Below are positions 36,694-46,718 of a DNA stretch of 64,000 nucleotides, piece after piece. Location of the stretch: NCBI GenBank assembly GCA_963840575.1, contig CAWIZP010000010.1, positions 137,485-201,484 of the forward strand, written 5' to 3'. Origin of the DNA: an uncultured Acidobacteriota bacterium. GTDB taxonomy: Bacteria > Acidobacteriota > Terriglobia > Terriglobales > Acidobacteriaceae. The notes under the pieces are model-generated. The model worked only from the letters and a program-made list of their open reading frames with translations. It was not told the origin of the DNA and searched no databases. Position 1 is the stretch's first letter, and each line of letters begins with the position of its first letter. Position numbers and translations under genes: made by a program.

Positions 36694-37890
36694 CTAATCC
36701 TGCGCCCACCTCGTTGCCAACCTCGCCATTCGCACAACTCGATATAAAGGAAAGAGAGGTTTGGGAAGGTGTATCGTTTCCCACTCCCCGGGCCCCGGCG
36801 TAAAAGTCAGTCTGGTTAGAAAACGCAATCGATCGCTCCTGCGCTCACGCAGCCGCATCATCAGCCGAAAGTAAGATATCTGCTGTTCCGCATAGGAAAC
36901 TCCATCCGCAATAGCCGCGGAGATCTCGTCGGCGAAGACCAGCGCGGCGCGGTCCTCGTGCATGGCACGTTCGATAGCCGGAGGTGACCCGGCTCCTAAC
37001 AGGCGGTTTGCGAGCAGCAGTGTAACGTGGAGAATCCGTTCAATGCCAAACTCTCGCGCCCGCGCTCGCACAAAATCCCAATTCAAGTTTCCGCGCTGCA
37101 GAATCTGTGCGATGTCGCATAGCCAGATCAACCGTCCCCACACATGTTTTGCAGCATGAACGGCTAACACCAGCAACAGATCTTCGGAAGAAAGAGCTTT
37201 TACGCGCCGCCCCGCAACGGTCGCATTGCCCGCCCGCTCGAATAACCCATCCATGTCGAAGTCCACAGCATAGAAGCGCGGCTGCAGCGCCCATTGCAGC
37301 TCCAATAGATTTTTCCCTGCATCGCTGTCGAACGTCCACTCGTATCCCGAGGCGATGTAATCTTCTTCGGCCTCTTCAGAAATGGGCAGGCGCGGCCTAT
37401 ATCCGAGCTCGCAAATGGCCCTCTTGATTTGCACGATGTCCCGCTTGCGGACGAACAAATCAATGTCACACGATTGCCTTAGCGCGATGTTTCCGTAGTA
37501 GGCCTCCGAAAGCGCAACGCCTTTGTAGGGAATAACTTCGACGCCGAGATCATCGGTGCGGTCGAGGATGCGCATCAATTCGCGCGCGAGAAAAAGTGAG
37601 GCGCGCACATTCGTCTCGTAACGCTGCCGAAGCGAAGCCAGAACAGATTGAGGAACCAGCTGGTCTGAAGATGCAAGATTTTGATATAGCAGCGAAGTCG
37701 TGCCATGGTGATCCGCAAGGCCAAGCAACACCTTCCAATCGATTTGTCCAGTTTCTTGTCGCTCGAGCAAATGCGCGCCGATAAGATCGCTTTTTCCAGG
37801 CCCCGCAGCGCTACTTGCCAGCAAGAATTTCCATTCAGCCGAATTCGTTAGTCCTCGATGGTTCAGACGCGAGGGAATTTCTCGATTCAC
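36694..37890 (-). CDS. uncharacterised nucleotidyltransferase family protein (NTP_transf_5-like)
   Basis: CDIDLFV, LELQWAL and AVHAAKHVW segments resemble that family. Assignment from memory. Confidence 0.55.
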   Translation of the reverse strand: MNREIPSRLNHRGLTNSAEWKFLLASSAAGPGKSDLIGAHLLERQETGQIDWKVLLGLADHHGTTSLLYQNLASSDQLVPQSVLASLRQRYETNVRASLFLARELMRILDRTDDLGVEVIPYKGVALSEAYYGNIALRQSCDIDLFVRKRDIVQIKRAICELGYRPRLPISEEAEEDYIASGYEWTFDSDAGKNLLELQWALQPRFYAVDFDMDGLFERAGNATVAGRRVKALSSEDLLLVLAVHAAKHVWGRLIWLCDIAQILQRGNLNWDFVRARAREFGIERILHVTLLLANRLLGAGSPPAIERAMHEDRAALVFADEISAAIADGVSYAEQQISYFRLMMRLRERRSDRLRFLTRLTFTPGPGEWETIHLPKPLFPLYRVVRMARLATRWAQD

Positions 37891-38087
37891 GGTTTATTTC
37901 TCGCCAATGTCGAGCCATCTTAGCAGGGCTCGGCGCACTCCCTCGACTGGGAAACGTTGGTATTTCCCGCGCCCGCGTGACTCAAAGTTACTTCCGTCAT
38001 CCTGTTTTGTTCGTTCTAATAGGCGTAAGCGGCGCTGTTTCTGTCAAACTGGTGTAGTGCAGCAAATCTCCACACTGCACAACCGGC

Positions 38088-38543
38088 ATGGAAGTACTTA
38101 CATCAAAGTCGACGCGGCGCAGCACGCGGTTGCGTGTCGAGATTCCAGTCACCGTGACTAGTATGGATCGTCGACATCCGTTTTCGGAACGGTGCGTTGC
38201 AGTGGTGGTGGGCCCCCAAGGCGGTGGCTTCCAGGCGTCGCAGGCGTTACCGCTTGAAACTCCAGTGCTGTTGAGCGATTTGCCTGGAGGACCCGGCGTC
38301 TCTGGGCGAGTTGCGAGCTGCCTGGCCCTCGGCAACGGCGGGAAATGCTTTCTTATCGGAGTCTCGCTCTACAATCCTGGGAATGTCTGGGGAATCGCCG
38401 ATCCGCCGGAGGATTGGGATTGTGCCTCCTCTTCAGTCACGACCTCAGGGGGTGCCGAGGCCAGGACGCCAGCGAAGAGCAAAGATGCCTGGCCTTACAA
38501 CTTATTCTCCGGCCGCGGCGAAGCCCATCCCGGCCGGAAATGA
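38088..38543 (+). CDS. PilZ-like domain protein
   Basis: RRSTRLRV (RxxxR) near the N-terminus and a later GPQGGGF segment at the position of D/NxSxxG. No clear RBS. Confidence 0.45.
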   Translation: MEVLTSKSTRRSTRLRVEIPVTVTSMDRRHPFSERCVAVVVGPQGGGFQASQALPLETPVLLSDLPGGPGVSGRVASCLALGNGGKCFLIGVSLYNPGNVWGIADPPEDWDCASSSVTTSGGAEARTPAKSKDAWPYNLFSGRGEAHPGRK

Positions 38544-38656
38544 TTGTTTGCGAGCGAAAACTACCAAATATTTCTCACGTGGTTTGCACATCACGCAGAC
38601 TTTGCTGCTTTCGTAACCTCCTACATGATTTGACGAAGTGTCATAATCCAGCCACG

Positions 38657-39052
38657 ATGTCGCAGACTTCAACAGCAACCGGAGCGGCTCCGTCTTCCGA
38701 CAAGTCACACAATCTGCAAGACCGCCCGTTTCGCGTTAAGCTGCGCGGATCGGTTTTAATCCTTATTCGCCTTCCCAATCAGCGCCAGGTACGAGGTAAA
38801 CTGCATCAGCTTTCCGCTACTGGCGGTCTGATGAACGTGGAGAAGCCTCTCGACGAAAAGCTGAAAGTGGAGTTGATCTTCCATCTCGGCGAGACCACAA
38901 TTCGTGAACAGGCCGAGATCATGTTTCCCATGTGGGCAACTCAGGGCTGGCTTCAACCCTTTCGCTTCATTGACGTTCCGGATGACAGAAAGAATATCCT
39001 GGAAACAAGCTTGCTCTCGTTTGTGCAGCCACTCAATAATCCCACCGCGTGA
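38657..39052 (+). CDS. PilZ-like domain protein (second copy)
   Basis: Internal ATG 38657 of the track ORF 38345-39052. QDRPFRVKLRG and QLSATGGLMNV motifs. Confidence 0.45.
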   Translation: MSQTSTATGAAPSSDKSHNLQDRPFRVKLRGSVLILIRLPNQRQVRGKLHQLSATGGLMNVEKPLDEKLKVELIFHLGETTIREQAEIMFPMWATQGWLQPFRFIDVPDDRKNILETSLLSFVQPLNNPTA

Positions 39053-39118
39053 GACACCGCGTGTCGTCGTCCAAAACCATTGGCCGCGCCGCCTCCTTAT
39101 GCCTTGTTGCAACACGAA

Positions 39119-39138
39119 GGCCGCCCTTGCGGGCGGCC
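39119..39138. terminator. GC hairpin between convergent genes
   Basis: GGCCGCCC-TTGC-GGGCGGCC, a perfect 8-bp stem. Confidence 0.5.
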
Positions 39139-39170
39139 CGTGGCCAAAGATCTTGCGCATCCGAAATCAA

Positions 39171-40247
39171 TTAGTCTGGCACAATCACCCCGAATGTCCC
39201 AGCCAGATTGTTGGAAGGACCGGCGGTGAAGAACATTTCGTTCGTGCCACCGTTCTTGGTCCCCTTCAAGCCATCTCCGAAGTCAATTCCCCAAAGCTGG
39301 TCGATCACAATCGCCTTGCCGTTCTTGTCTTTCATGATTCCAACAAACTGACCAGTTGCGGCATCAAAGGCATTGATAGTTCCGCTGTTTGTGTTGTTCG
39401 AGATCAGCAGCGTATTGCTGAACTGCCCGAAGTTCCTCGATGCGGAAGCGATTCCCCAAGGCTGGTTCAGCGGCCCTCCCGAGAGCAAGGGATGTCCCGG
39501 AGTTACAGGCGTGCCGTCCTCTTTGAATTTTTCAACAAAACCGCCGCTCCCACCCGTGCTGCTGGCAAAGGTTACATACACTTCTCCGTTGATATCGCGG
39601 ATGCCAAACGGAGTAAAGCCTGCAGGGATTGCAGAGCCGATCTCCGCCGCGAAGTTCGCGGTAGCCGTAGTCACCAGGTTGAAGTTTCCGTCATAAACAT
39701 CTACTGCGCCGTTAGCCGTGTCAGCAGCATACAGAAAGTTTCCCGATGCTTTATTGGTGATCGCCAGGCCTGTAAACACCGCGCCCTTGGGTGCAGGATT
39801 TAACGGTGCCACGATCGCGTCGTTGAAGCTGGCTGTTGGCGCCCATCCGCTGATGGTTCCATCCAGTGCGGCAAACAGAAACACTGATGGCCATGGTCCA
39901 CCCCCAACCTCAAACTCGTTCGAAGTCGATGCGCTCCAGACGGTGCCCGTCGGCGAACCCGGCCCGTTTTCTCCTCCCGTCGGAATCAACACCTTCAGTG
40001 CCGAAACGATAGTTCCATTGCCTTGGTAAAGGGTCGCCCATCCGGAGTTGTTGTCACTCACCCACCAAGGTGAGCCCGGAGCGTGTACCAATCCCCACGC
40101 ATTTACCAACAGCGGATCCGTGTGTATGGCAGCTCCAACCTGGTTAGAATCTAGATTTGAAAGTCGATACTGCGCCCAAGCCGCGCTGGAAAGAAACATC
40201 AACGCAAAGCCGAGGCAAACGGTGCAAGCAATCCGGCAACGCTGCAT
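39171..40247 (-). CDS. secreted beta-propeller-like protein (TIGR03118-like from memory)
   Basis: Signal peptide MQRCRIACTVCLGFALMFLSSAAWA, then YRLSNLDSNQVGAAIHTDPLLVNAWGLVHAPGSPWWVSDNNSGWATLYQGNG. Confidence 0.55.
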   Translation of the reverse strand: MQRCRIACTVCLGFALMFLSSAAWAQYRLSNLDSNQVGAAIHTDPLLVNAWGLVHAPGSPWWVSDNNSGWATLYQGNGTIVSALKVLIPTGGENGPGSPTGTVWSASTSNEFEVGGGPWPSVFLFAALDGTISGWAPTASFNDAIVAPLNPAPKGAVFTGLAITNKASGNFLYAADTANGAVDVYDGNFNLVTTATANFAAEIGSAIPAGFTPFGIRDINGEVYVTFASSTGGSGGFVEKFKEDGTPVTPGHPLLSGGPLNQPWGIASASRNFGQFSNTLLISNNTNSGTINAFDAATGQFVGIMKDKNGKAIVIDQLWGIDFGDGLKGTKNGGTNEMFFTAGPSNNLAGTFGVIVPD

Positions 40248-40517
40248 AGAAGATCCTCCTGAGAGTGCGAGTCAAAGCGGGGGCACGGCACGTCGATGGC
40301 CGAATATCGATGCTGGCGTGACCGTTGTGGCTCTAACCGCTGATGAGGAATGCTAGGTTCGACCGTGCGTTGAATTGTCAACGATATGTCATCAGTTTGT
40401 TAATTGTTGTCTGTGAGTCTGATAGGAGGCCTGTTACAGCGGAGTTTTGGGGATTTGTTAGCGACTTTGTAAACTTAGTCTTATAGGTAGACTAGACTAG
40501 ATTGGACTTAATCCTTG

Positions 40518-41138
40518 ATGCTATCTCGCGATTTCATTTTCTGGGAGGTCGACACTCAGGTCGACTTCATGCTTCCTGGGGGCAACCTCTACGCGCTGGC
40601 CGCCGAACACTTGCTCCCCAACATTCGCAGGCTAACCGACGCCGCTCGCCAGGGCCGCGTTTTCCTGGTGTCGCATGGTTGCTACCACACCAAGGACGAT
40701 CCCGAGTTCAAGATTTTTCCGCCGCACTGCATCAAAGGCACTCCAGGAGCAGCACCCGTTCCTGAGGCGCTGGCTGAAAAAGTTGTCACCATCCCCAACG
40801 AGCCCACCGCTGCATTACCCAAAGACCTTTCGCAATACCAGCAGATCCATCTCGAAAAGCAAACCCTCGATATCTTTCAAGGCCTGCACGCCGAGGAGCT
40901 GGTTAAACGATTAGGGACGGACGCCGAGTTCGTGGTCTTCGGCGTAATGACGGAATACTGCGTTCGTTACGCCGCGAAAGGGTTACTCGAGCGTGGCCGA
41001 CGTGTTTCCGTCGTTCAGGATGCGATCGAAACTCTAAAGGCTGAAGATGGAGAGCGCGCTATGGCGGAATTGCGCGCGCTCGGAGCAAAATTTATTACCA
41101 CAGACCAGGCGCTGGCTCGGCTCGACGGTTCTAGATAG
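40518..41138 (+). CDS. isochorismatase-family cysteine hydrolase (nicotinamidase-like)
   Basis: EVDTQVDFMLPGG and VVFGVMTEYCVRYAAKG (catalytic Cys context). Confidence 0.8.
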   Translation: MLSRDFIFWEVDTQVDFMLPGGNLYALAAEHLLPNIRRLTDAARQGRVFLVSHGCYHTKDDPEFKIFPPHCIKGTPGAAPVPEALAEKVVTIPNEPTAALPKDLSQYQQIHLEKQTLDIFQGLHAEELVKRLGTDAEFVVFGVMTEYCVRYAAKGLLERGRRVSVVQDAIETLKAEDGERAMAELRALGAKFITTDQALARLDGSR

Positions 41139-41169
41139 TGTGATAAAGACTGGCGCAATCTTTCCTCTA

Positions 41170-43941
41170 CTACGGAAAACTAACATCCAAGCTATAAATC
41201 TCCTGCGTACTTCTATCCCGCATCAGAAGCGGCGAGTCGTCGGGAGTGAGGCCAACCCAGAATTCCCATGGATCGAAGCCCCGTGAGATTTGCTTAAGAC
41301 TGAGCAAGCGCTCTATTTTTCCGGCAGGCACACTAATGCGCACCAGGTCGTCGGTTTTATCGGAATAATCTTCCGCGTACAGATACTTGCCATCGTGTGA
41401 CCAGTTTTCGAAACCGAAGCGTGACCTCGCGAGTTGCGACCAACTTTTCTTTTCGGCGTCGTAGAGCATCAACTTCGTTGAGTCTGCCGAGAGCCCCGCC
41501 ACGTAACGCCCATCCGGCGAACAGCGCGGACTGAAAAGGTTTTCTGAGCCGGGTATATCGGAAACCTGCGAATTCTGCAGGTCCGCCATGTGAATGTTGG
41601 GGCCGGAGGCGGACCCGTACTCCAGCCATGGCATTCCTGCGAACACAATGGAATCTCCCTTCGGCGTCCAGGTCGGATCGCCCTGGTTGTGTTCTCCTGA
41701 AGTCAGTTCGCGCGGCGTGCCCCCCTCGGCAGGTATCACGAAGATCTTCCACGGTTTTCCCGAGGTTGATGCCATGAATGCGATCTGGCTTCCATCGGGC
41801 GACCAGTGCGGCATGTGTACCTGCATCGGTGCATACGTGAGCTGAGTCCTCGAACTTCCATCCGTTTTGCTGCGCCACATTGTAAGTTCGGGATGCGCGA
41901 CGTAGGTGATCCATTCGCCATTGCGCTGGATATCGGCCTCGCCGGCGGATACACCAGGAAAATAGATGGAAAATTCTTGCGACTTGCCGCGCAATCGGAT
42001 CAGATCGAAGCGCCGTTGCTGGCCGATTACGAATAGTTTTTTTCCATCCGGGCTGGGCGTCGGATTGCTGAACATCAACGGTCCAATGGTTAATTGCGTC
42101 GGCTCAGGAGCGGATTTGCGAAACCACCCTCTGGGAAAGTTCGAAGAGCCCTCGCGAAGAGCCCAGATATTTTGACTATGGTCGCGGGTTGACTCAAACA
42201 GGAAATACTTTCCTGTTGACGTCCAGGCTCCGCCGAACTCCTGGGCGGGTTTGTGCCAGCCCGGTAAGACGGGATGCAAATCCTTCCCGTCGGCCGATAC
42301 CTCCCACAAGGAAGATGTGCCCAGTTTCGTGTTGCGGATGGTGAAGCGCAGGCGGCTGCCATCGGGAGAAAATCGAGGAGCAAACGGAACTCCGGCAACG
42401 GTTATCAATTCTCGCGAATCGCTTCCGTCGGCGTCGCACTCGTACAAACTCGACTGCCGCGCGTACACGATGTGCTGCCCATCGGGAGCCCATGCGGCTG
42501 AGTGCGCCAGTATATTTCCCACCTGCCTGAGCGACCCCGCGGGCAACGGCAACACCCAGAGCGGTCCCTCAGTTTCCGTGCTCTCGGCCTCGCCTTTCAC
42601 CAGCAATTCCGAACTGCCGGGATAAAAATCATAGATGTCGGCACTCGCCATCGGTGTTGGTACGGCCCCAGTTTCCCCACCCGATGTTGAGACCTGCCGC
42701 AGCTCCGAATGGCCGCCCACAAATTCAGAAAAGTAAACTCGCGTGCCATCGGTAACGAGAGAGCGCTTCGATGCGCCATCGTTGGTAATCTGCAGCGATG
42801 AAAGCACTGCCGGGGCGGGCTCCGGCGATCTCAAAAACAAGATCGCGGCAATGAAAGCTGCAACCGCAACCGTGCCACCCACGAACCACGGCCATAGCCT
42901 CGCCTTGCGCTGGGACTGAACCGCGTGAGCTGCGGTAAACAAAGCCCGGATTCTCTCCTTTGAATCCGGAACCGTCCTGGCAGCCGACGCCCCGCCCGCA
43001 GATTGACCCGACTCGATTTCCCGGCGAAGACGCTGCAGATCGACCCGCATCTCAGCCGCACTCTGGTAGCGCTGTCCCGGATCTTTTTCCAGTGCCTTCT
43101 GGATGATGCGTTCCAGTTCTGCCGGCGGCGCAGGATTGAACTGCAGAGGCCAATCCGGCACACTGTGAATCAACGAGTCAAAAAATGCCGCGGTTGTCTG
43201 TCCCTTGAAGGGGAGGGTCCCGGTCGTCATTTCGTACAGCACCACGCCGAAGGAAAATAAATCCGTGCGCGAATCCAAAGGCCGGCCCAACGCCTGCTCC
43301 GGCGACATGTAGGGCATGGTTCCCAGAGCTGATCCTGGACGAGTCAACTCCTCCGGCGAATGCGTTACACCCCCGAATGTGTCGCCGCTGACCTCCGCTT
43401 CGCCGGTAGAGACCTTCGCCAGACCAAAGTCGAGAATCTTAGCGATCCCGCGCTTGGTCACAAAAATATTAGTAGGGTTAATGTCGCGGTGAATAATGCC
43501 GTGCGTATGGGCTGCGTCGAGAGCGTCGGCAATCTCAATTCCGAGCGATAGTAGCGTCGCCATTTCTAGCGGACGCCCGGCAATGCGGTGCTTCAGGGGC
43601 ATCCCTTCGAGGTACTCCATTGCGATGAAGGTCTCGCCGCCCTGGCCGCCGATGTCGTAAATGGTGCAGATGTTGGGATGGTTCAGGGCGGATGCAGCCT
43701 GGGCTTCCACCTGAAAACGGGCAAGAGCTTGAGCGTCTCGGGCAACCTCGCGGGGAAGGAACTTGAGGGCGACAAAACGGTGCAGCCGCGTGTCTTCGGC
43801 CTTGTAGACAACGCCCATCCCGCCCCCGCCAAGTTTCTCCACAATGCGATAGTGCGAGATGGTGCGCCCGATCACTGTGCAAATCCTACGTTGGCGAAAC
43901 AGGCAAGTCAACGAAAGCCAACTGAGACCCACGTCTCGCAA
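41170..43941 (-). CDS. membrane Ser/Thr protein kinase with C-terminal TolB-like (PD40) beta-propeller
   Basis: Kinase motifs [30 protein letters not shown] and SPEQ. One TM helix ([22 protein letters not shown]). Repeated SPDG propeller motifs. TTG start is uncertain. Confidence 0.9.
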   Translation of the reverse strand: MRDVGLSWLSLTCLFRQRRICTVIGRTISHYRIVEKLGGGGMGVVYKAEDTRLHRFVALKFLPREVARDAQALARFQVEAQAASALNHPNICTIYDIGGQGGETFIAMEYLEGMPLKHRIAGRPLEMATLLSLGIEIADALDAAHTHGIIHRDINPTNIFVTKRGIAKILDFGLAKVSTGEAEVSGDTFGGVTHSPEELTRPGSALGTMPYMSPEQALGRPLDSRTDLFSFGVVLYEMTTGTLPFKGQTTAAFFDSLIHSVPDWPLQFNPAPPAELERIIQKALEKDPGQRYQSAAEMRVDLQRLRREIESGQSAGGASAARTVPDSKERIRALFTAAHAVQSQRKARLWPWFVGGTVAVAAFIAAILFLRSPEPAPAVLSSLQITNDGASKRSLVTDGTRVYFSEFVGGHSELRQVSTSGGETGAVPTPMASADIYDFYPGSSELLVKGEAESTETEGPLWVLPLPAGSLRQVGNILAHSAAWAPDGQHIVYARQSSLYECDADGSDSRELITVAGVPFAPRFSPDGSRLRFTIRNTKLGTSSLWEVSADGKDLHPVLPGWHKPAQEFGGAWTSTGKYFLFESTRDHSQNIWALREGSSNFPRGWFRKSAPEPTQLTIGPLMFSNPTPSPDGKKLFVIGQQRRFDLIRLRGKSQEFSIYFPGVSAGEADIQRNGEWITYVAHPELTMWRSKTDGSSRTQLTYAPMQVHMPHWSPDGSQIAFMASTSGKPWKIFVIPAEGGTPRELTSGEHNQGDPTWTPKGDSIVFAGMPWLEYGSASGPNIHMADLQNSQVSDIPGSENLFSPRCSPDGRYVAGLSADSTKLMLYDAEKKSWSQLARSRFGFENWSHDGKYLYAEDYSDKTDDLVRISVPAGKIERLLSLKQISRGFDPWEFWVGLTPDDSPLLMRDRSTQEIYSLDVSFP

Positions 43942-44092
43942 AAGCGGCGAGATTCGGGGCTAACATGGGAAGGGGACACTACGGGATGTTTATTTCTTCA
44001 AAACCCGCCGTAAAGTTCGTCACCACCGTATGTGAGCAAGACATCAGTCGTGGCGCTCTGACCGTTCGCTTCAGTTATAATCCAGCCCACCC

Positions 44093-46678
44093 ATGAACCT
44101 CGCCTCCGGTACCAAACTCGGACCTTACGAAATCGTGAACCTGCTAGGCGCGGGCGGCATGGGAGAGGTCTATCGCGCGCGCGATTCCCGCCTTAAGCGC
44201 GATGTGGCGGTCAAGGTGTTACCTAAGGCGCTTTCTCTCGACGCAGATCGCCTGCGGCGTTTTGAGCAGGAAGCCCTTGCAACCGCAGCCCTGAACCATC
44301 CCAACATTCTCGCGGTCTTCGATATCGGAACCAACGAAGGTTCCCCTTACGTTGTCTCCGAACTGCTCGAAGGCGAAACCATGCGCGAGCGTCTGCGCAG
44401 CGGCGCGATTACGCTGCGGAAAACGTTGGATTATGCGCTGCAGATCGCCCATGGCCTGGCTGCCGCTCACGAAAAAGGAATCATCCATCGCGATCTGAAG
44501 CCAGAGAATCTTTTCCTCACCAAAGATGGCCGGGTAAAAATTCTAGATTTCGGTCTCGCAAAGCTCACGCAGGCCGATCCCAGCTCCCATACTTCGCTGC
44601 CCACCATGACACACGCTACGGAGGCCGGCGTGGTGATGGGAACCGCGGGCTACATGTCGCCCGAGCAGGTGCGTGGAGTTGCCGTAGATGCGCGCTCCGA
44701 CATTTTCAGTTTTGGCGCGATTCTCTACGAGATGATTTCCGGCAAGCGCGCCTTTCACGGAGAGACTGCCGCTGATACGATGAGCGCCATCCTCAAGGAA
44801 GAGCCGGCCGACCTCGCCGAAACTAATCGCAATGTCTCTCCCGCGCTGGAGCGCATCGTCCAGCACTGCCTGGAAAAAAATCCCGAGCAGCGTTTTCATT
44901 CTGCCAGCGATATCGCATTCGATCTCGAACATCTTTCCGGAGCGTCCAGTGCAAGCGCCAGAGTAACAGCCGTCGCGGCGGCGCGGCCGAAAGGTAAATT
45001 GTTGGCTGGCAGGGCGGCCGCTCTAGGGCTGGCGTTGATCGCGCTCGGCCTGGGCTGGTGGCTGGGGCAAAGCGGCACTACCGCTCCTCTGGCCGAATAC
45101 AAGCAAATCACCTTTCGCACCGGCTCCATCGGAAACGCCCGCTTCACGCCGGACGGCAGCGTCGTCTACAGTGCGTCCTGGGACGGCGGCGACAACCAAC
45201 TTTACATGGCGCGAACCGACGATCCCGGCGCCCGGGAACTGAATTTGAAGGACGCAGAACTGCTTTCCATCTCCAAAAACGGCGAACTTGCCATTCGTCT
45301 CAAGACGGCCGTTCTCGGTGGATACGCGCGCACAGGCACGCTGGCTCGGGTTCCCCTCAGTGGCGGAACGCCAAGAGAAGTTCTCGAGAATGTGCAGGAC
45401 GCTGACTGGGCTGCCGACGGCTTGTCCATGGCTGTTGTCCGGTATCTTCCGGAGAATAGCCATTGGCGTTTGGAATATCCCATTGGCAAGGTGCTGTTCG
45501 ACAGCATCAATTGGATCAGCCATCCCAAGATTTCGCCCGATGGCAAGTTGGTGGCATTCGCCGACCATGAGAATCCGGGCGGCGATGATGAAGGCTCGGT
45601 CGCGGTGATTGCTTCCGATGGTAAGGACAACAATCAAGATAAGAAACTTGCTTCCGGTTGGGAATCTGTGGAGGGAATTTTCTGGTCCCCAACCGGCGAC
45701 GAGATTTGGTTTACCTCCAGCAGCAATACCAGTGCGCTGAATCCGCGCGCGGTCAGTCTCTCCGGCAAGGTGCGCACCATCACCAATGTTCCGGGAGGAA
45801 TGTGGCTCGAGGATTTGCGCAATGGAACGGCGCTGATGATCACGCATCGTGAGCGTATTGGAATCCGTGGCCTGGCTCCTGGAGGCAAAGAGGAGCGTGA
45901 ATTGGGATGGTTTGGCTGGTCGATCGTGCGCGACATCAGTCGCGACGGTCACAAGATTGTCTTCGAAGAAGAGGGCAATGGCGGCGGACCGAACTACACG
46001 GTTTTTCTGCGCGACACGGACGGCTCGCCCCCAACCCGTATCGGCGAGGGACTTGGTGAGGCCATTTCCCCAGACAACAAATGGGTAATCACAAAACCGG
46101 CCAAGGGCGGTCCGCTTAGCCTTGTACCCACAGGCGCGGGCGAGGCGAGACAACTCACGCACGACTCCGTAAGTTACGGCTCGGCTCGCTGGCTGCCGGA
46201 TGGCAAGCATCTATTGGCTGGAGGCATCGAAGCCGGACACGGCGCCCGCGACTACCTCATCGATGCGAGCACCGGCGATTCGAAGCCCCTGACTCCCGAG
46301 GGCATCTCCGGTGTGCGTCTCTCGCCTGATGGCAAGAGCACGGCAGTCCGAACCCCCGATGGAAATTGGGGAATCTGGCCACTCGATGGCAACGCAGTTC
46401 GTCCTGTCCCCGGTCTTGACTCCACGTATTACGTGGCCGGTTGGTCTCCGGATGGTTCATCTCTGTATGTTGCGTCCACCCGCGCGCTGCAGAAGACCGC
46501 AAAAGTCTACAGGGTGGATCCGGTAACTGGAAAAATGGACTTATGGAAAACCTTTGGCACCGATTCCGCGGGAATTGATGGGACCGGTGCGCCTCTTTTT
46601 TCCGCCGACGGCACCGCCTACGCGTATGTCTATGTGCAAATCCTCTCGGAAGCCTACGTAGCAAGCGGGTTGAAGTAA
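44093..46678 (+). CDS. membrane Ser/Thr protein kinase with C-terminal TolB-like (PD40) beta-propeller (paralog, divergent)
   Basis: GAGGMGEVYRA, VAVKVL, HRDLKPEN, DFGLA and SPEQ motifs. One TM helix. SPDG repeats. Confidence 0.92.
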   Translation: MNLASGTKLGPYEIVNLLGAGGMGEVYRARDSRLKRDVAVKVLPKALSLDADRLRRFEQEALATAALNHPNILAVFDIGTNEGSPYVVSELLEGETMRERLRSGAITLRKTLDYALQIAHGLAAAHEKGIIHRDLKPENLFLTKDGRVKILDFGLAKLTQADPSSHTSLPTMTHATEAGVVMGTAGYMSPEQVRGVAVDARSDIFSFGAILYEMISGKRAFHGETAADTMSAILKEEPADLAETNRNVSPALERIVQHCLEKNPEQRFHSASDIAFDLEHLSGASSASARVTAVAAARPKGKLLAGRAAALGLALIALGLGWWLGQSGTTAPLAEYKQITFRTGSIGNARFTPDGSVVYSASWDGGDNQLYMARTDDPGARELNLKDAELLSISKNGELAIRLKTAVLGGYARTGTLARVPLSGGTPREVLENVQDADWAADGLSMAVVRYLPENSHWRLEYPIGKVLFDSINWISHPKISPDGKLVAFADHENPGGDDEGSVAVIASDGKDNNQDKKLASGWESVEGIFWSPTGDEIWFTSSSNTSALNPRAVSLSGKVRTITNVPGGMWLEDLRNGTALMITHRERIGIRGLAPGGKEERELGWFGWSIVRDISRDGHKIVFEEEGNGGGPNYTVFLRDTDGSPPTRIGEGLGEAISPDNKWVITKPAKGGPLSLVPTGAGEARQLTHDSVSYGSARWLPDGKHLLAGGIEAGHGARDYLIDASTGDSKPLTPEGISGVRLSPDGKSTAVRTPDGNWGIWPLDGNAVRPVPGLDSTYYVAGWSPDGSSLYVASTRALQKTAKVYRVDPVTGKMDLWKTFGTDSAGIDGTGAPLFSADGTAYAYVYVQILSEAYVASGLK

Positions 46679-46718
46679 GGGCACTCCTGAACGTCGTGCC
46701 TTCCCATTCCGCTCCTCT

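Noticed and set aside
38345-38656. Upstream 104 codons of the 235-aa ORF 38345-39052
   Set aside because: This part overlaps the first PilZ-like ORF in another frame and has an odd Arg/Cys/Leu-rich composition. The PilZ-like part begins at ATG 38657.
40330-40365. GGTTCGACC resembling a tRNA T-loop
   Set aside because: No flanking T-stem, anticodon arm or acceptor stem could be drawn, so this is not a tRNA.
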